Positions 27,029-35,723 of a stretch of DNA of 64,000 bases are shown here, piece after piece. Every line of letters begins with the position of its first letter. Position 1 is the stretch's first letter. Under the pieces are notes generated by a model that was not told the origin of the DNA, ran no database searches, and was given only the letters and a program-made list of their open reading frames with translations. The position numbers and the translations under genes are program-made. Source of the stretch: Lachnospiraceae bacterium (GTDB lineage Bacteria > Bacillota > Clostridia > Lachnospirales > Lachnospiraceae); NCBI GenBank assembly GCA_032073745.1, contig DAMAMW010000009.1, positions 17,533 to 81,532 of the forward strand, read 5' to 3'.

Positions 27029-27055
27029 GACGATTGAGGGTTTGAAAAAGTTTGA
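27029..27055 (-). promoter_or_regulatory. candidate autoregulated ECF promoter
   Basis: The minus strand reads tcAAAC (27055-27050), 17 nt, CGTC (27032-27029). This matches the AAC...CGT pattern of ECF promoters. Confidence 0.4.
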
Positions 27056-27102
27056 TGTGATTTTAATAATATTATGAAAAGTCATAAAAATATAGGTATA
27101 AT

Positions 27103-27130
27103 GTTAAAAAACCTCCAACTGGGGAGGTTT
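27103..27130 (-). terminator. rho-independent terminator (minus strand) downstream of the AraC-fusion gene
   Basis: Stem aaacctcc/ggaggttt. On the minus strand it is followed by TTTTT. Confidence 0.65.
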
Positions 27131-27249
27131 GAGTTCAGCAGAAAGTGATGTGTTCTCCGTTCCTGCCAGAGTTTCATTAATTTTAGACTTCCTTATAACG
27201 TACTGTTTTGCTTTTTACCTGGAGGGAGCCAACATAGTTGCTGGGAGAA

Positions 27250-27340
27250 CGTGGGGCGTTGGATTTGGTTGGTCCTGAATCGGTGACAATGAACGAGGTA
27301 ACGGAACCGATTCAGGACCAACCAAATCCAACGCCCCACG
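27250..27340. repeat. perfect 35-bp inverted repeat (hairpin) with a 21-nt loop
   Basis: 27250-27284 (cgtggggcgttggatttggttggtcctgaatcggt) is the exact reverse complement of 27306-27340. It lies 38 nt after the AraC-fusion stop. Confidence 0.9.
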
Positions 27341-27377
27341 GTCTTCTTCCCACTATGAGCGACATCCCCTTGTTCCA

Positions 27378-28901
27378 CTACTGCATCTTTGCTGCCGCCT
27401 TGCTCAAAGCTTCTGCGGCGGATACTTCGCATTCTGCGGCTGCGAGGATCCGGGCGGAGATTTGTTTTCTGATGTCGGGGTCGGCGAATTTTCTCAGGGT
27501 GGTTTCTGTTTGTTCATAACCGTTTCGCATTTCCATAATTGCCTGAATCTGCGCGCAGGTATCATCAAAATATTTCGCGGTGTTTTCTAAATCTTCCTGC
27601 GCGGCGGGAAACTGTCCGGCAAGCCAGCGCATAAAACCGGCGGCGCAGTGGCGGCCCTCTGCTACCATAGTTTCAGCGTCACTCTGACACATCAGGCGTT
27701 CCATTAATAATGGGAATATCATCTGTTCGGGGAAATTGCGGTCATCGGCTACCGCTTCGGCCCAGGCCCTGTATGCTGCCTGTCCGCCCCAATAGGTCCG
27801 CTCTCCATAACCGGTTTCAATCTCTTCTGTCTGCAGAATGATCAAACCGTTTTCGACGATCTCCTGCAGCGGAAATAATGAAGTACATTCGCCCAGCGGT
27901 TCTCCAACGGCGATGATGCATTCTACCGTCTCCCACCATGAATCTGTGATATAATAGCCGGATTCATCAAAACTCAGACTTCCGGCGAATTCCATGTTCT
28001 CCTGGAACAGGCTCCAGCCAAGCAATGTATCTCCGCCATTTTTATATCCGGTTACAATTCCGGCTTCCGGCGGGCCTGCTACGCCTACAGAAATAAGGGG
28101 GTGACCCTGATCCAGATGCCTGCATATCAGGGTTTTGAACAGTTCTTTTTCCTCAGTTGACTGGCCCTGGCGTCTCAGGATATATCCGTCCCGTCCTGCT
28201 GCCCGGAGAGCTTTGCGGTAACCTTCTTCGGGATCGGTGTAGATCACCTGGATCCCGACATTTCCCGGATCCCATTCCTTGCTGTTCCAGCGCAGGCGAA
28301 ATGCCATACCGGATGCAGCCATCAGGTAGGGATACGCAATTTCCTGGCCCATGTAGTTGAGCACTGCCTTAAGACACATCGGATATGGGGAGCACTGCCA
28401 TCCGTCCAGGCCGAAATGCACCTTTGGTACCCCGTAGAGAACACAGCTGTTATAATCTTTTCGCATCCTATCCATATTATTTTCCTCCATCCATAAAGGA
28501 GGAGATGCCTCTGCTTCACCGACCGCGGATATAACCGGTGCAAACAACCCGACCCCCAGACGCCGGCTGCTGACACTGCCGCCCTGCTGTCTGAAATCAG
28601 AAGGCGTAAGGCCGACTGCCCTTTTAAAGACACGGGTAAATGTATCATAACTTTCGAACCCCAGCTCAAATGCGATTTCGGTTGCACTTTTGTCGGTATG
28701 GGCAAGCATAACTGCAGCATTGGCAGACTTTCTTTCATTGATGTATCGGGACAGGCTGGTTCCGGTCGTCTGCTTAAATACTTCCCGCAGATGCCGGTAA
28801 GAAAACCCGGTAATCCGTTCCAGTTCCTGATAGTCTATATCTGTCCTGATTCGCTGTTCAACATAGGAAATAACAGACCAGACCTCTTTCATATAATCCA
28901 T
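27378..28901 (-). CDS. AraC-family HTH regulator fused to a ~390-aa unassigned C-terminal domain
   Basis: AAGGAGAG lies 7 nt before ATG 28901 (MDYMKEVW...). The N-terminal AraC double HTH runs FSYRHLREVF...TEIAFELGFESYDTFTRVFKRAVGLTPSDFR. I recognise no motif in the remainder. Confidence 0.7.
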   Translation of the reverse strand: MDYMKEVWSVISYVEQRIRTDIDYQELERITGFSYRHLREVFKQTTGTSLSRYINERKSANAAVMLAHTDKSATEIAFELGFESYDTFTRVFKRAVGLTPSDFRQQGGSVSSRRLGVGLFAPVISAVGEAEASPPLWMEENNMDRMRKDYNSCVLYGVPKVHFGLDGWQCSPYPMCLKAVLNYMGQEIAYPYLMAASGMAFRLRWNSKEWDPGNVGIQVIYTDPEEGYRKALRAAGRDGYILRRQGQSTEEKELFKTLICRHLDQGHPLISVGVAGPPEAGIVTGYKNGGDTLLGWSLFQENMEFAGSLSFDESGYYITDSWWETVECIIAVGEPLGECTSLFPLQEIVENGLIILQTEEIETGYGERTYWGGQAAYRAWAEAVADDRNFPEQMIFPLLMERLMCQSDAETMVAEGRHCAAGFMRWLAGQFPAAQEDLENTAKYFDDTCAQIQAIMEMRNGYEQTETTLRKFADPDIRKQISARILAAAECEVSAAEALSKAAAKMQ

Positions 28902-29041
28902 AAGGCATCTCTCCTTTTTTATCGTACCGTTCATTTTGCAGCATGGTACTTTCTTCCGGAAGTAATTGCATTATATCGTATATAACCGTCTGGCACTCGA
29001 CGATTTTGACGGGAGTATCAGGATGGCTTCTAACATTGTGT

Positions 29042-29926
29042 TTATCGCGGCTGCCCCTGGTAAAACAGCGCCGCAACATTGGGTCCGGTGTGAGATCCGA
29101 TCACCGGGCCAATGGTATTAATATATATCTCGGCATCAGGAAAATGTTCCTTTACCATCTCGGCAATATGTCCGGCATCTTCAGGACAGTCGCCGTGGCT
29201 GATAAATACGGTCTGCCTGATATCTTTAAATGCCGTTTCATTCATCCTTTCAACCAGTGCTTTCAATGCAGCTTTTCTGCCGCGAACCTTACGAATATTG
29301 ATCAGGTGTCCGTCATTGTCAACATGGAGTACCGGTTTGATTGATAAGGCACCGCCCAGTGCTGCCGATATTCCGGAGATGCGGCCGCCGCGTTTGAGAA
29401 AGTCAAGATCATCTACGGTAAACTGGTGGCAGATGTTTAGTTTGTTATCTTCAACCCAGCGAAATACTTCATCGATATTTTTTCCTGCCTGCTGTTCCAT
29501 TGCGGCCAGCCAGACCAGCAGCCCCTGTCCCAACGATGCTGACAGAGTGTCGGATACCAGAATCTTACGGTGCGGATAAACTTCACGCATCGCGTCTGCT
29601 GCCATAACAGCTGAATTATAAGTCGATGACAGGCCTGAGGAAAATACCAGCAGTAATACATCCTGACCGGCTTTTAGGATCGGTTCTATCGTTTCTATAT
29701 AATCATTGATATTGACTGCATTGGTGGTGGCACTGCCGCCATTTCTCAGCCGGTCATAAAATTCCTTTGGATTCATGGTCTTTTTATCCGGGTCTTTTAA
29801 GTCTATATCATAATAAAGTTTATCTTCCATCGTAAAGCAAAGGGAAACTGCTTTGATTCCTGCTTTGGTCATCATTTCTAAACTGAGATCAGAAGCTGAG
29901 TCTGTTACAATTATAAAGTCCGGCAT
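29042..29926 (-). CDS. DegV family fatty-acid-binding protein
   Basis: The N-terminus FIIVTDSASDL is typical of DegV. GGAGGA lies 8 nt before ATG 29926. Confidence 0.85.
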   Translation of the reverse strand: MPDFIIVTDSASDLSLEMMTKAGIKAVSLCFTMEDKLYYDIDLKDPDKKTMNPKEFYDRLRNGGSATTNAVNINDYIETIEPILKAGQDVLLLVFSSGLSSTYNSAVMAADAMREVYPHRKILVSDTLSASLGQGLLVWLAAMEQQAGKNIDEVFRWVEDNKLNICHQFTVDDLDFLKRGGRISGISAALGGALSIKPVLHVDNDGHLINIRKVRGRKAALKALVERMNETAFKDIRQTVFISHGDCPEDAGHIAEMVKEHFPDAEIYINTIGPVIGSHTGPNVAALFYQGQPR

Positions 29927-30070
29927 TTGCTTATCCTCCATGTGTTAAATATGGTACTGCATTTTTCATCATATTATACCATGCAACAACAATTCAGTTC
30001 TACCCTCCGGTAAAGAAAAAATGATGTTACTGTTCCGATAGCTATGCTATACTAGTGCTGCATAACGCAA

Positions 30071-30931
30071 ATGCTAGGAATAATTCAGAGAGGGGGATGT
30101 CCTATATTCAGAATAGGTGAATTTTCAAAACTGACCCAGGTTTCAATCCGGATGCTGCGGCACTATGATGAAACCGGTCTCTTAAAACCGGCACAGACGG
30201 ATCGGTTTACTAATTACCGGCTTTATTCTGCTGATCAGATTCCGGTATTAAATAAAATTATATTTTTGCGTGATCTGGGATTTACTGTATCGGAGATTAC
30301 TGCCGCACTGGATCATTGGGATGATGAGTATATTACCGGGCTGCTTAATCAGAAGCGGCTGGAGATTGAACAGCGGATAGAAACGGAACGAGATAAACTG
30401 GCCAAAATCGAACTGGCTGAAAAAGACCTGCTGCGGACAAACATGGCGATTCATGCCGGTTTTACTATCAAGGCGATTCCCAGTTATCAGGTCTTATCTT
30501 TGCGGCGCAAAATGCCTGACTATTTCCATGAAGGTCTGTTATGGAAAGAACTAAGTGCTTTTGTACAGAAAAATAATATTCTGATATCTGACAACACACT
30601 GACTATATATCATGACCCTGATTATCGTGAAACTGGTGTTGATATGGAAATATGTGTATCCGTTCCTCACGTTGGTGAGAATACGGATGGTTTTATCTAC
30701 CGGCATACGGAAGCGGTTCCGATCATGGCCTGTTCCATGGTTCACGGGCCTTTTGAGAATATCGGTGCATCCTATCATGCTTTCGCTGCCTGGCTGCAAA
30801 AGCATGATAAATACCAAATGGGTGATACCAGCAGGCAGATTGTACATGTTGGTCCGGCGGATGAGGAAGATTGTGAGAAATTTCTGACTGAGATTCAGAT
30901 ACCGCTGGAAATTCGAAACTTGATTAAATGA
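30071..30931 (+). CDS. MerR family regulator with a GyrI-like effector-binding C-terminal domain (BmrR-like)
   Basis: FRIGEFSKLTQVSIRMLRHYDETGLLKP HTH plus a GyrI-like C-terminus. The true start is uncertain: GAGAGGGGGA sits inside the annotated 5' end and there is no ATG just before the HTH. Confidence 0.75.
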   Translation: MLGIIQRGGCPIFRIGEFSKLTQVSIRMLRHYDETGLLKPAQTDRFTNYRLYSADQIPVLNKIIFLRDLGFTVSEITAALDHWDDEYITGLLNQKRLEIEQRIETERDKLAKIELAEKDLLRTNMAIHAGFTIKAIPSYQVLSLRRKMPDYFHEGLLWKELSAFVQKNNILISDNTLTIYHDPDYRETGVDMEICVSVPHVGENTDGFIYRHTEAVPIMACSMVHGPFENIGASYHAFAAWLQKHDKYQMGDTSRQIVHVGPADEEDCEKFLTEIQIPLEIRNLIK

Positions 30932-31012
30932 CGACATACTGCTGTCGTCATTGATGTGGTAGAATGAACATAGGAAAACATTATCGGGCAAAAATACAAG
31001 GAGTAATGAACC

Positions 31013-32200
31013 ATGGAAATCACACTGACAAACCGCCAGGCACGGCAATTCATTCTGTTGAAACACGGTTTATTGGGAAAATATAAATATATCGGGAAAG
31101 CAGGCGCTCTCGATTTTATCCGGCGGGCCGGCTGCATTCAGTTCGATCCGATTGATGCATGCGGACGGAATGCTGACCTGGTACTGCAGTCACGGGTCAA
31201 AAATTACCGGAAGAAGATACTGGATGAATTGCTGTATCATGATCATTCACTGGTGGATTATACGGATAAGAATATGGCTATTATCCCGGTGGAATCCTGG
31301 CCGTATTTTGAACGTTTCCGTCAGATGAGCCGTAACAATGCGCTGAAATATCCGGAAATGAAGGAGCTGTACGGGCAGGTGCAGGCTCACATCAGCGAAC
31401 ATGGCGTCATCTGCTCCGATGATCTGAAACTGGAAGGTGATCTGGCCTGGCATTCGGTGATCCACTGGAGTTCGGGCAGCAACCTGTCCCGTTCCGTACT
31501 GGAGCAGATGTATGCGACCGGCGATCTGGTTATCCATCACAAAAAACGGACCCGCAAATACTACGATCTGGCCTCCCGCCATATTCCGGCAGAAGTGCTT
31601 GCGGCTGATGATCCTCATCCGGAGGATTATGATCATTATAAATGGCGTATTTTCCGCCGCATCGGTTCGGCGGGATTGATCTGGAACCGCCCCTCGGATG
31701 CATGGCTTGGTATCTGGGGGATTAGCGCTGCCGACCGGAACCGGATTTTTTCTGAATTGCTGGCCGAAGGCCGGATCAGCCAGGTTCAGGTGGAGGGAAT
31801 AAAGGATCCGTTTTACCTGCGTTCAGAAGATTTGCCGCTTGTGGAGCAGGTTTTAGAAAACAATACTTACCACCAGCGCTGCGAAGTGATTGCCCCGCTG
31901 GACAATCTGATGTGGGACCGGAAACTGATCAAAGCACTGTTTGGTTTTGAGTATACCTGGGAGATTTATATTCCGGCGGATAAACGGAAATTTGGATATT
32001 ATGTATTGCCGCTCCTGTATGGTGAGCAGTTTGCCGGACGGATTGAGGCCGTTGCTGACAATAAAACAAAGACTCTCATTGTCAAAAATATATGGTATGA
32101 AGATGGGATCCGGCAGACGAAGAAACTGCAGACAGCAATTGACTCCTGTCTGCGCCGGCTTGCTGCTTTCAACGAGTGTGAACATATCATAAAGGAATAA
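31013..32200 (+). CDS. YcaQ/AlkZ-type winged-helix DNA glycosylase (HTH_42 family)
   Basis: AAGGAG RBS. The N-terminus ...ARQFILLKHGL...AGCIQFDPIDACGRN contains a Q-F-D triplet at residues 43-45, matching the Q-hydrophobic-D catalytic motif recalled for YcaQ. Confidence 0.7.
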   Translation: MEITLTNRQARQFILLKHGLLGKYKYIGKAGALDFIRRAGCIQFDPIDACGRNADLVLQSRVKNYRKKILDELLYHDHSLVDYTDKNMAIIPVESWPYFERFRQMSRNNALKYPEMKELYGQVQAHISEHGVICSDDLKLEGDLAWHSVIHWSSGSNLSRSVLEQMYATGDLVIHHKKRTRKYYDLASRHIPAEVLAADDPHPEDYDHYKWRIFRRIGSAGLIWNRPSDAWLGIWGISAADRNRIFSELLAEGRISQVQVEGIKDPFYLRSEDLPLVEQVLENNTYHQRCEVIAPLDNLMWDRKLIKALFGFEYTWEIYIPADKRKFGYYVLPLLYGEQFAGRIEAVADNKTKTLIVKNIWYEDGIRQTKKLQTAIDSCLRRLAAFNECEHIIKE

Positions 32201-32208
32201 CAATAAGA

Positions 32209-32247
32209 CCCGGCGGCTGCAGATAATAAAAATCTGCAGCTGCCGGG
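32209..32247. terminator. bidirectional terminator hairpin
   Basis: 16-bp stem cccggcggctgcagat / atctgcagctgccggg (one G-U pair) with a 7-nt loop, between convergent genes. Confidence 0.7.
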
Positions 32248-32264
32248 CTCTGTTGTTTATATAC

Positions 32265-32738
32265 TTAGTTATCCAAATACAAATTTTTCTCCAGAATCTT
32301 TATTACGACTTTTTTTATCTCCATATTTTGTGAAACTGCGCAGTTAGGACGGTGGATGTCATTGGTAAAATAAATCGTGAAATCGCCCGGCTGTAATGTG
32401 ATAAAGTTTTCATTATTTACTTCTGAATAATACATCAAATCACGCTCCGGATGGCATTCGGCCCGGACACCGTCATGCAGCAGAGCATATCCCTGCCGCT
32501 CTTCTCCGGCGATCAGGTACTGGAGATCGATGTAATTATAATGAGTCTCCGCATTCTTTTTGTCAGGTGCATCAGTATTCTGAATCTGCACCAGGGCGAA
32601 GACATTGTCGCCGTCAATTTCGTATCTTCCTGCGGCCAGATCGGCAAGTCCCGGCTGGTTCAGGAAATTTAGTGCTTTTTTAATCGCCTTGGGCCAGGCA
32701 CATCCGGCTGTTCTGGCATTAACAGATGAAAATATCAT
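32265..32738 (-). CDS. YhcH/YjgK/YiaL family (DUF386) protein
   Basis: Size and pattern fit the family (...RYEIDGDNVFALVQ...HYNYIDLQYLIAGEE...TIYFTNDIHRP). Confidence 0.7.
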   Translation of the reverse strand: MIFSSVNARTAGCAWPKAIKKALNFLNQPGLADLAAGRYEIDGDNVFALVQIQNTDAPDKKNAETHYNYIDLQYLIAGEERQGYALLHDGVRAECHPERDLMYYSEVNNENFITLQPGDFTIYFTNDIHRPNCAVSQNMEIKKVVIKILEKNLYLDN

Positions 32739-32754
32739 AATTTAACCTCTTTTC

Positions 32755-33711
32755 TTAGCTTGTTATGACCGGCTGATTGACCGGCCAGTCCGGTTTGTCA
32801 CCGTTCAGTACCTTATGTACCTGCCATGCTGCATGCAGAGCCATACGGTCCATACACTCTTCGGTATTGGATGCCATATGAGGTGTCAGGATCACTTTGT
32901 CATTCTGGTACAGCGGCCAGTCTGCCCGCGGCGGTTCCTGGCTCTGAACATCAAGTACCGCACATCTGAGCTGTCCTGCCCGCAACGCTTCATCAAGTGC
33001 CGTTTCGTCTACGACCTCACCACGGGCCATATTCAGCAGGATACCGCTTTCTTTCATTATTTCAAATTCTTTTTTTCCGACAACACCACGGTTTTCATCA
33101 CCGCCCGGCAGATGCAAGCTGATAAAGTCCGCCTGGGCAAACAGTTCATCCCAGCTGCATAATGTGATATAGCCCGGAACCTGGGACTGCTTCAGGAACG
33201 GATCATAAGCGATGATCTCCATCTCCAGTCCGGAATATGCCTTGGCCGCGACGGTCCGGCCAATTCTGCCAAGTCCTACAATGCCCAATGTTTTCCCTAA
33301 AATATCGACACCTTTATGACTGTTCTTGTAACCATAATTCTGCTGCCGCATAGCTTCACTGCAGGCCGGAATGTTCTTTGCCGCCATCATCATTGATGCC
33401 AGCGTGAACTCAGCTACGGAATCGGACAGGGCCTGAGGGGTGTTGGTCACCCACATTCCCAGTTCCGTTGCTGCCGCTACATCGATGTTATCGTATCCGA
33501 CACCGTGTCTGGCAATCACCCTGACATTTTTTCCTGCTTCCAGCACTTCTTTCGGACACTCTGCAGTACGAATCAGCATCGCATCGCAATCAGCGATATC
33601 ACGTTTCATTTCTTCAATTGAGAAACCTTCTCCGACAATTACTTCATAACCTTTTTCCAGCAAATAATCGGTACCTTCTTTGGCTACTGCCTGGGGGATA
33701 TATACTTTCAT
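32755..33711 (-). CDS. D-isomer-specific 2-hydroxyacid dehydrogenase family protein
   Basis: GIVGLGRIGRTVA NAD fold, plus NMARGEVVD and TPHMASNT. Confidence 0.8.
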   Translation of the reverse strand: MKVYIPQAVAKEGTDYLLEKGYEVIVGEGFSIEEMKRDIADCDAMLIRTAECPKEVLEAGKNVRVIARHGVGYDNIDVAAATELGMWVTNTPQALSDSVAEFTLASMMMAAKNIPACSEAMRQQNYGYKNSHKGVDILGKTLGIVGLGRIGRTVAAKAYSGLEMEIIAYDPFLKQSQVPGYITLCSWDELFAQADFISLHLPGGDENRGVVGKKEFEIMKESGILLNMARGEVVDETALDEALRAGQLRCAVLDVQSQEPPRADWPLYQNDKVILTPHMASNTEECMDRMALHAAWQVHKVLNGDKPDWPVNQPVITS

Positions 33712-33714
33712 AAT

Positions 33715-35214
33715 TTAATAAGCCTCTTTCAGTTTTTTTGAATTGATAAACTCCTTACGGATCGTCATTGCCAGGGTAACAACAGCAATAATCAGAAATA
33801 CCGCTGCAATCGGAGATGTAATAAATGGTACAAAGCTGCCCTGACTCTTCATCAGGCCGCGGCGCAGGTTGGTCTCGACAATCGGGGCCAGAATAAATGC
33901 CAGAATAATCGGTGCCTGGGGGAATTTCATCTTCTTCATGCCATATCCCAGCATACCAAACAGCATCATGATAACAACATCAAATACCCGGTTATTGTTG
34001 GCATAGGCACCAACGGTACAGAAAATCATTACGATCGGAAGCAGAACATTTTTCGGTACTGACAAAATCCTGATAAATACTCTCATACCTAAAAATTCTA
34101 CGATCAGCATCATTAGGTTAGCTACCATCAGAGCTGCAAATACGCCATATACCAGAACACCTTCGGTTCTGAACAGTAATGGTCCCGGAGTAATGCCATG
34201 AATCATAAACCCGGCCAGAATCAGAGCGGTTGTATTATCTCCCGGCAAACCAAGGGTTAACAGAGGGATCATTGCGCCGCCGGTCGATGCGTTATTGGAA
34301 CTTTCTGATGCTACGATACCGTCTACCACTCCGGTACCAAACTTCTCCGGATATTTAGAACGATTCTTAACCACTGAATAAGACAGGATGTTACAGATAC
34401 TTGCTCCCAATCCCGGAAGGATACCGACACCGGTGCCAATCAGGGTGGAGATCAGGAAGTTAGGGCCCTGATCCTTGATATCGTTCCAGGTAAAACCAAA
34501 ACCTTTAATCTTTAGGTCCTGGGCAGTTTCCTTCACCTCTTTGTGTTTATTTTCCAGAGAAGTTAATACCTCCGCCACCGCAAACAGACCAATCAGCATG
34601 GGCAGCAAAGAAAAGCCGGCATTTAACTCACGAAAACCAAAGGTGAACCGGGTAAAACTGGTGATCGGGGCAATTCCGACCATCGCCAGGATAAATCCGA
34701 TCATACCGCTCAGTACACCTTTAACCAGGGAACCCGATGACAGGCTGACAATCATTGTTAGTGAGAACAGGCCGATAGCAAAATATTCATAAGGGCCAAA
34801 CTGAAGTGCGAACTTTGCAATAAACGGCGCAAGCAGCATTAATGTAACATAGCTGAACAGGCCGCCAAAAAAGGAAGCAACAATTCCCACACCAAGGGCT
34901 TTCCCGGCCTCCCCTTTTGCCGCCATGGGATGGCCGTCAAAGGTAGTCGCTACCGAAGCCGCGGTTCCCGGCATCTTGAGCAGCACGGCACTGATCAGTC
35001 CGCCTGATGTCCCGCCTATGTAAAGCCCACATAACAGGGCCAGACCGGCAATTGGCTCCATGCCAAAGGTAAGGGGCAAAAATAACGCTACACCCATGGT
35101 TACACTCAGTCCGGGGATTGCTCCGATCACAATTCCCATAAATACACCGACAAAGATCAGGGCCATGACCGGAAAATTACATATTGATAACATACCCGCA
35201 GTTATTTCACTCAT
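33715..35214 (-). CDS. tctA: tripartite tricarboxylate transporter large permease
   Basis: A ~500-aa polytopic membrane protein typical of TctA (…GAIPGLSVTMGVALFLP…, …GILPGLGAS…). Confidence 0.88.
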   Translation of the reverse strand: MSEITAGMLSICNFPVMALIFVGVFMGIVIGAIPGLSVTMGVALFLPLTFGMEPIAGLALLCGLYIGGTSGGLISAVLLKMPGTAASVATTFDGHPMAAKGEAGKALGVGIVASFFGGLFSYVTLMLLAPFIAKFALQFGPYEYFAIGLFSLTMIVSLSSGSLVKGVLSGMIGFILAMVGIAPITSFTRFTFGFRELNAGFSLLPMLIGLFAVAEVLTSLENKHKEVKETAQDLKIKGFGFTWNDIKDQGPNFLISTLIGTGVGILPGLGASICNILSYSVVKNRSKYPEKFGTGVVDGIVASESSNNASTGGAMIPLLTLGLPGDNTTALILAGFMIHGITPGPLLFRTEGVLVYGVFAALMVANLMMLIVEFLGMRVFIRILSVPKNVLLPIVMIFCTVGAYANNNRVFDVVIMMLFGMLGYGMKKMKFPQAPIILAFILAPIVETNLRRGLMKSQGSFVPFITSPIAAVFLIIAVVTLAMTIRKEFINSKKLKEAY

Positions 35215-35229
35215 TTACGTTCCCCTCCT

Positions 35230-35694
35230 TTACAAAATGCCCTTAGGCAGTCGAATTCCAAAAAATTGGGTGAATATCAGATAGATTGCCATTACCGCAA
35301 TGACCGTTATGATGCCGAATCTGATATAGTTGGTTTCCTCTTTTTTTGACATCAGACACAATGAAACATAGAGAAAAACAGCACTGTCGATGATAAATCC
35401 CAATGGTTTCAGTAAATAAGCATATAAAAGGCAGCATCCCATCATCAAAACAACTCCTTTTGTATTGGCCAGTTGTACTGCTGCGCTATTTTCCTGCTGT
35501 ATCCTGCTGCTCTGCCAGCCCCGCCATACCAGTACCGCAGAAAGTGCAAAGACAATAACGGATACAATCTGAGGCAGGAAAGCCGCACCAATGGCATCAC
35601 CTTCTTTAATCCTGATTTCCACACTTAATATGAACATAATAAGGGCAATAGCAACTCCAATCCCTCCGCAAACCATATCGCCATACTTTTTCAT
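35230..35694 (-). CDS. tctB: tripartite tricarboxylate transporter small subunit
   Basis: A 154-aa protein with 4 TM helices, located between tctC and tctA. Confidence 0.72.
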   Translation of the reverse strand: MKKYGDMVCGGIGVAIALIMFILSVEIRIKEGDAIGAAFLPQIVSVIVFALSAVLVWRGWQSSRIQQENSAAVQLANTKGVVLMMGCCLLYAYLLKPLGFIIDSAVFLYVSLCLMSKKEETNYIRFGIITVIAVMAIYLIFTQFFGIRLPKGIL

Positions 35695-35723
35695 GATTCA
35701 ACTTCTCCTTTTCATTGCCCGGT

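Noticed and set aside
30551-31066. 171-aa minus-strand ORF
   Set aside because: It overlaps the 3' part of the MerR/GyrI gene and the start of the YcaQ gene on the opposite strand. It has no motif and no RBS.
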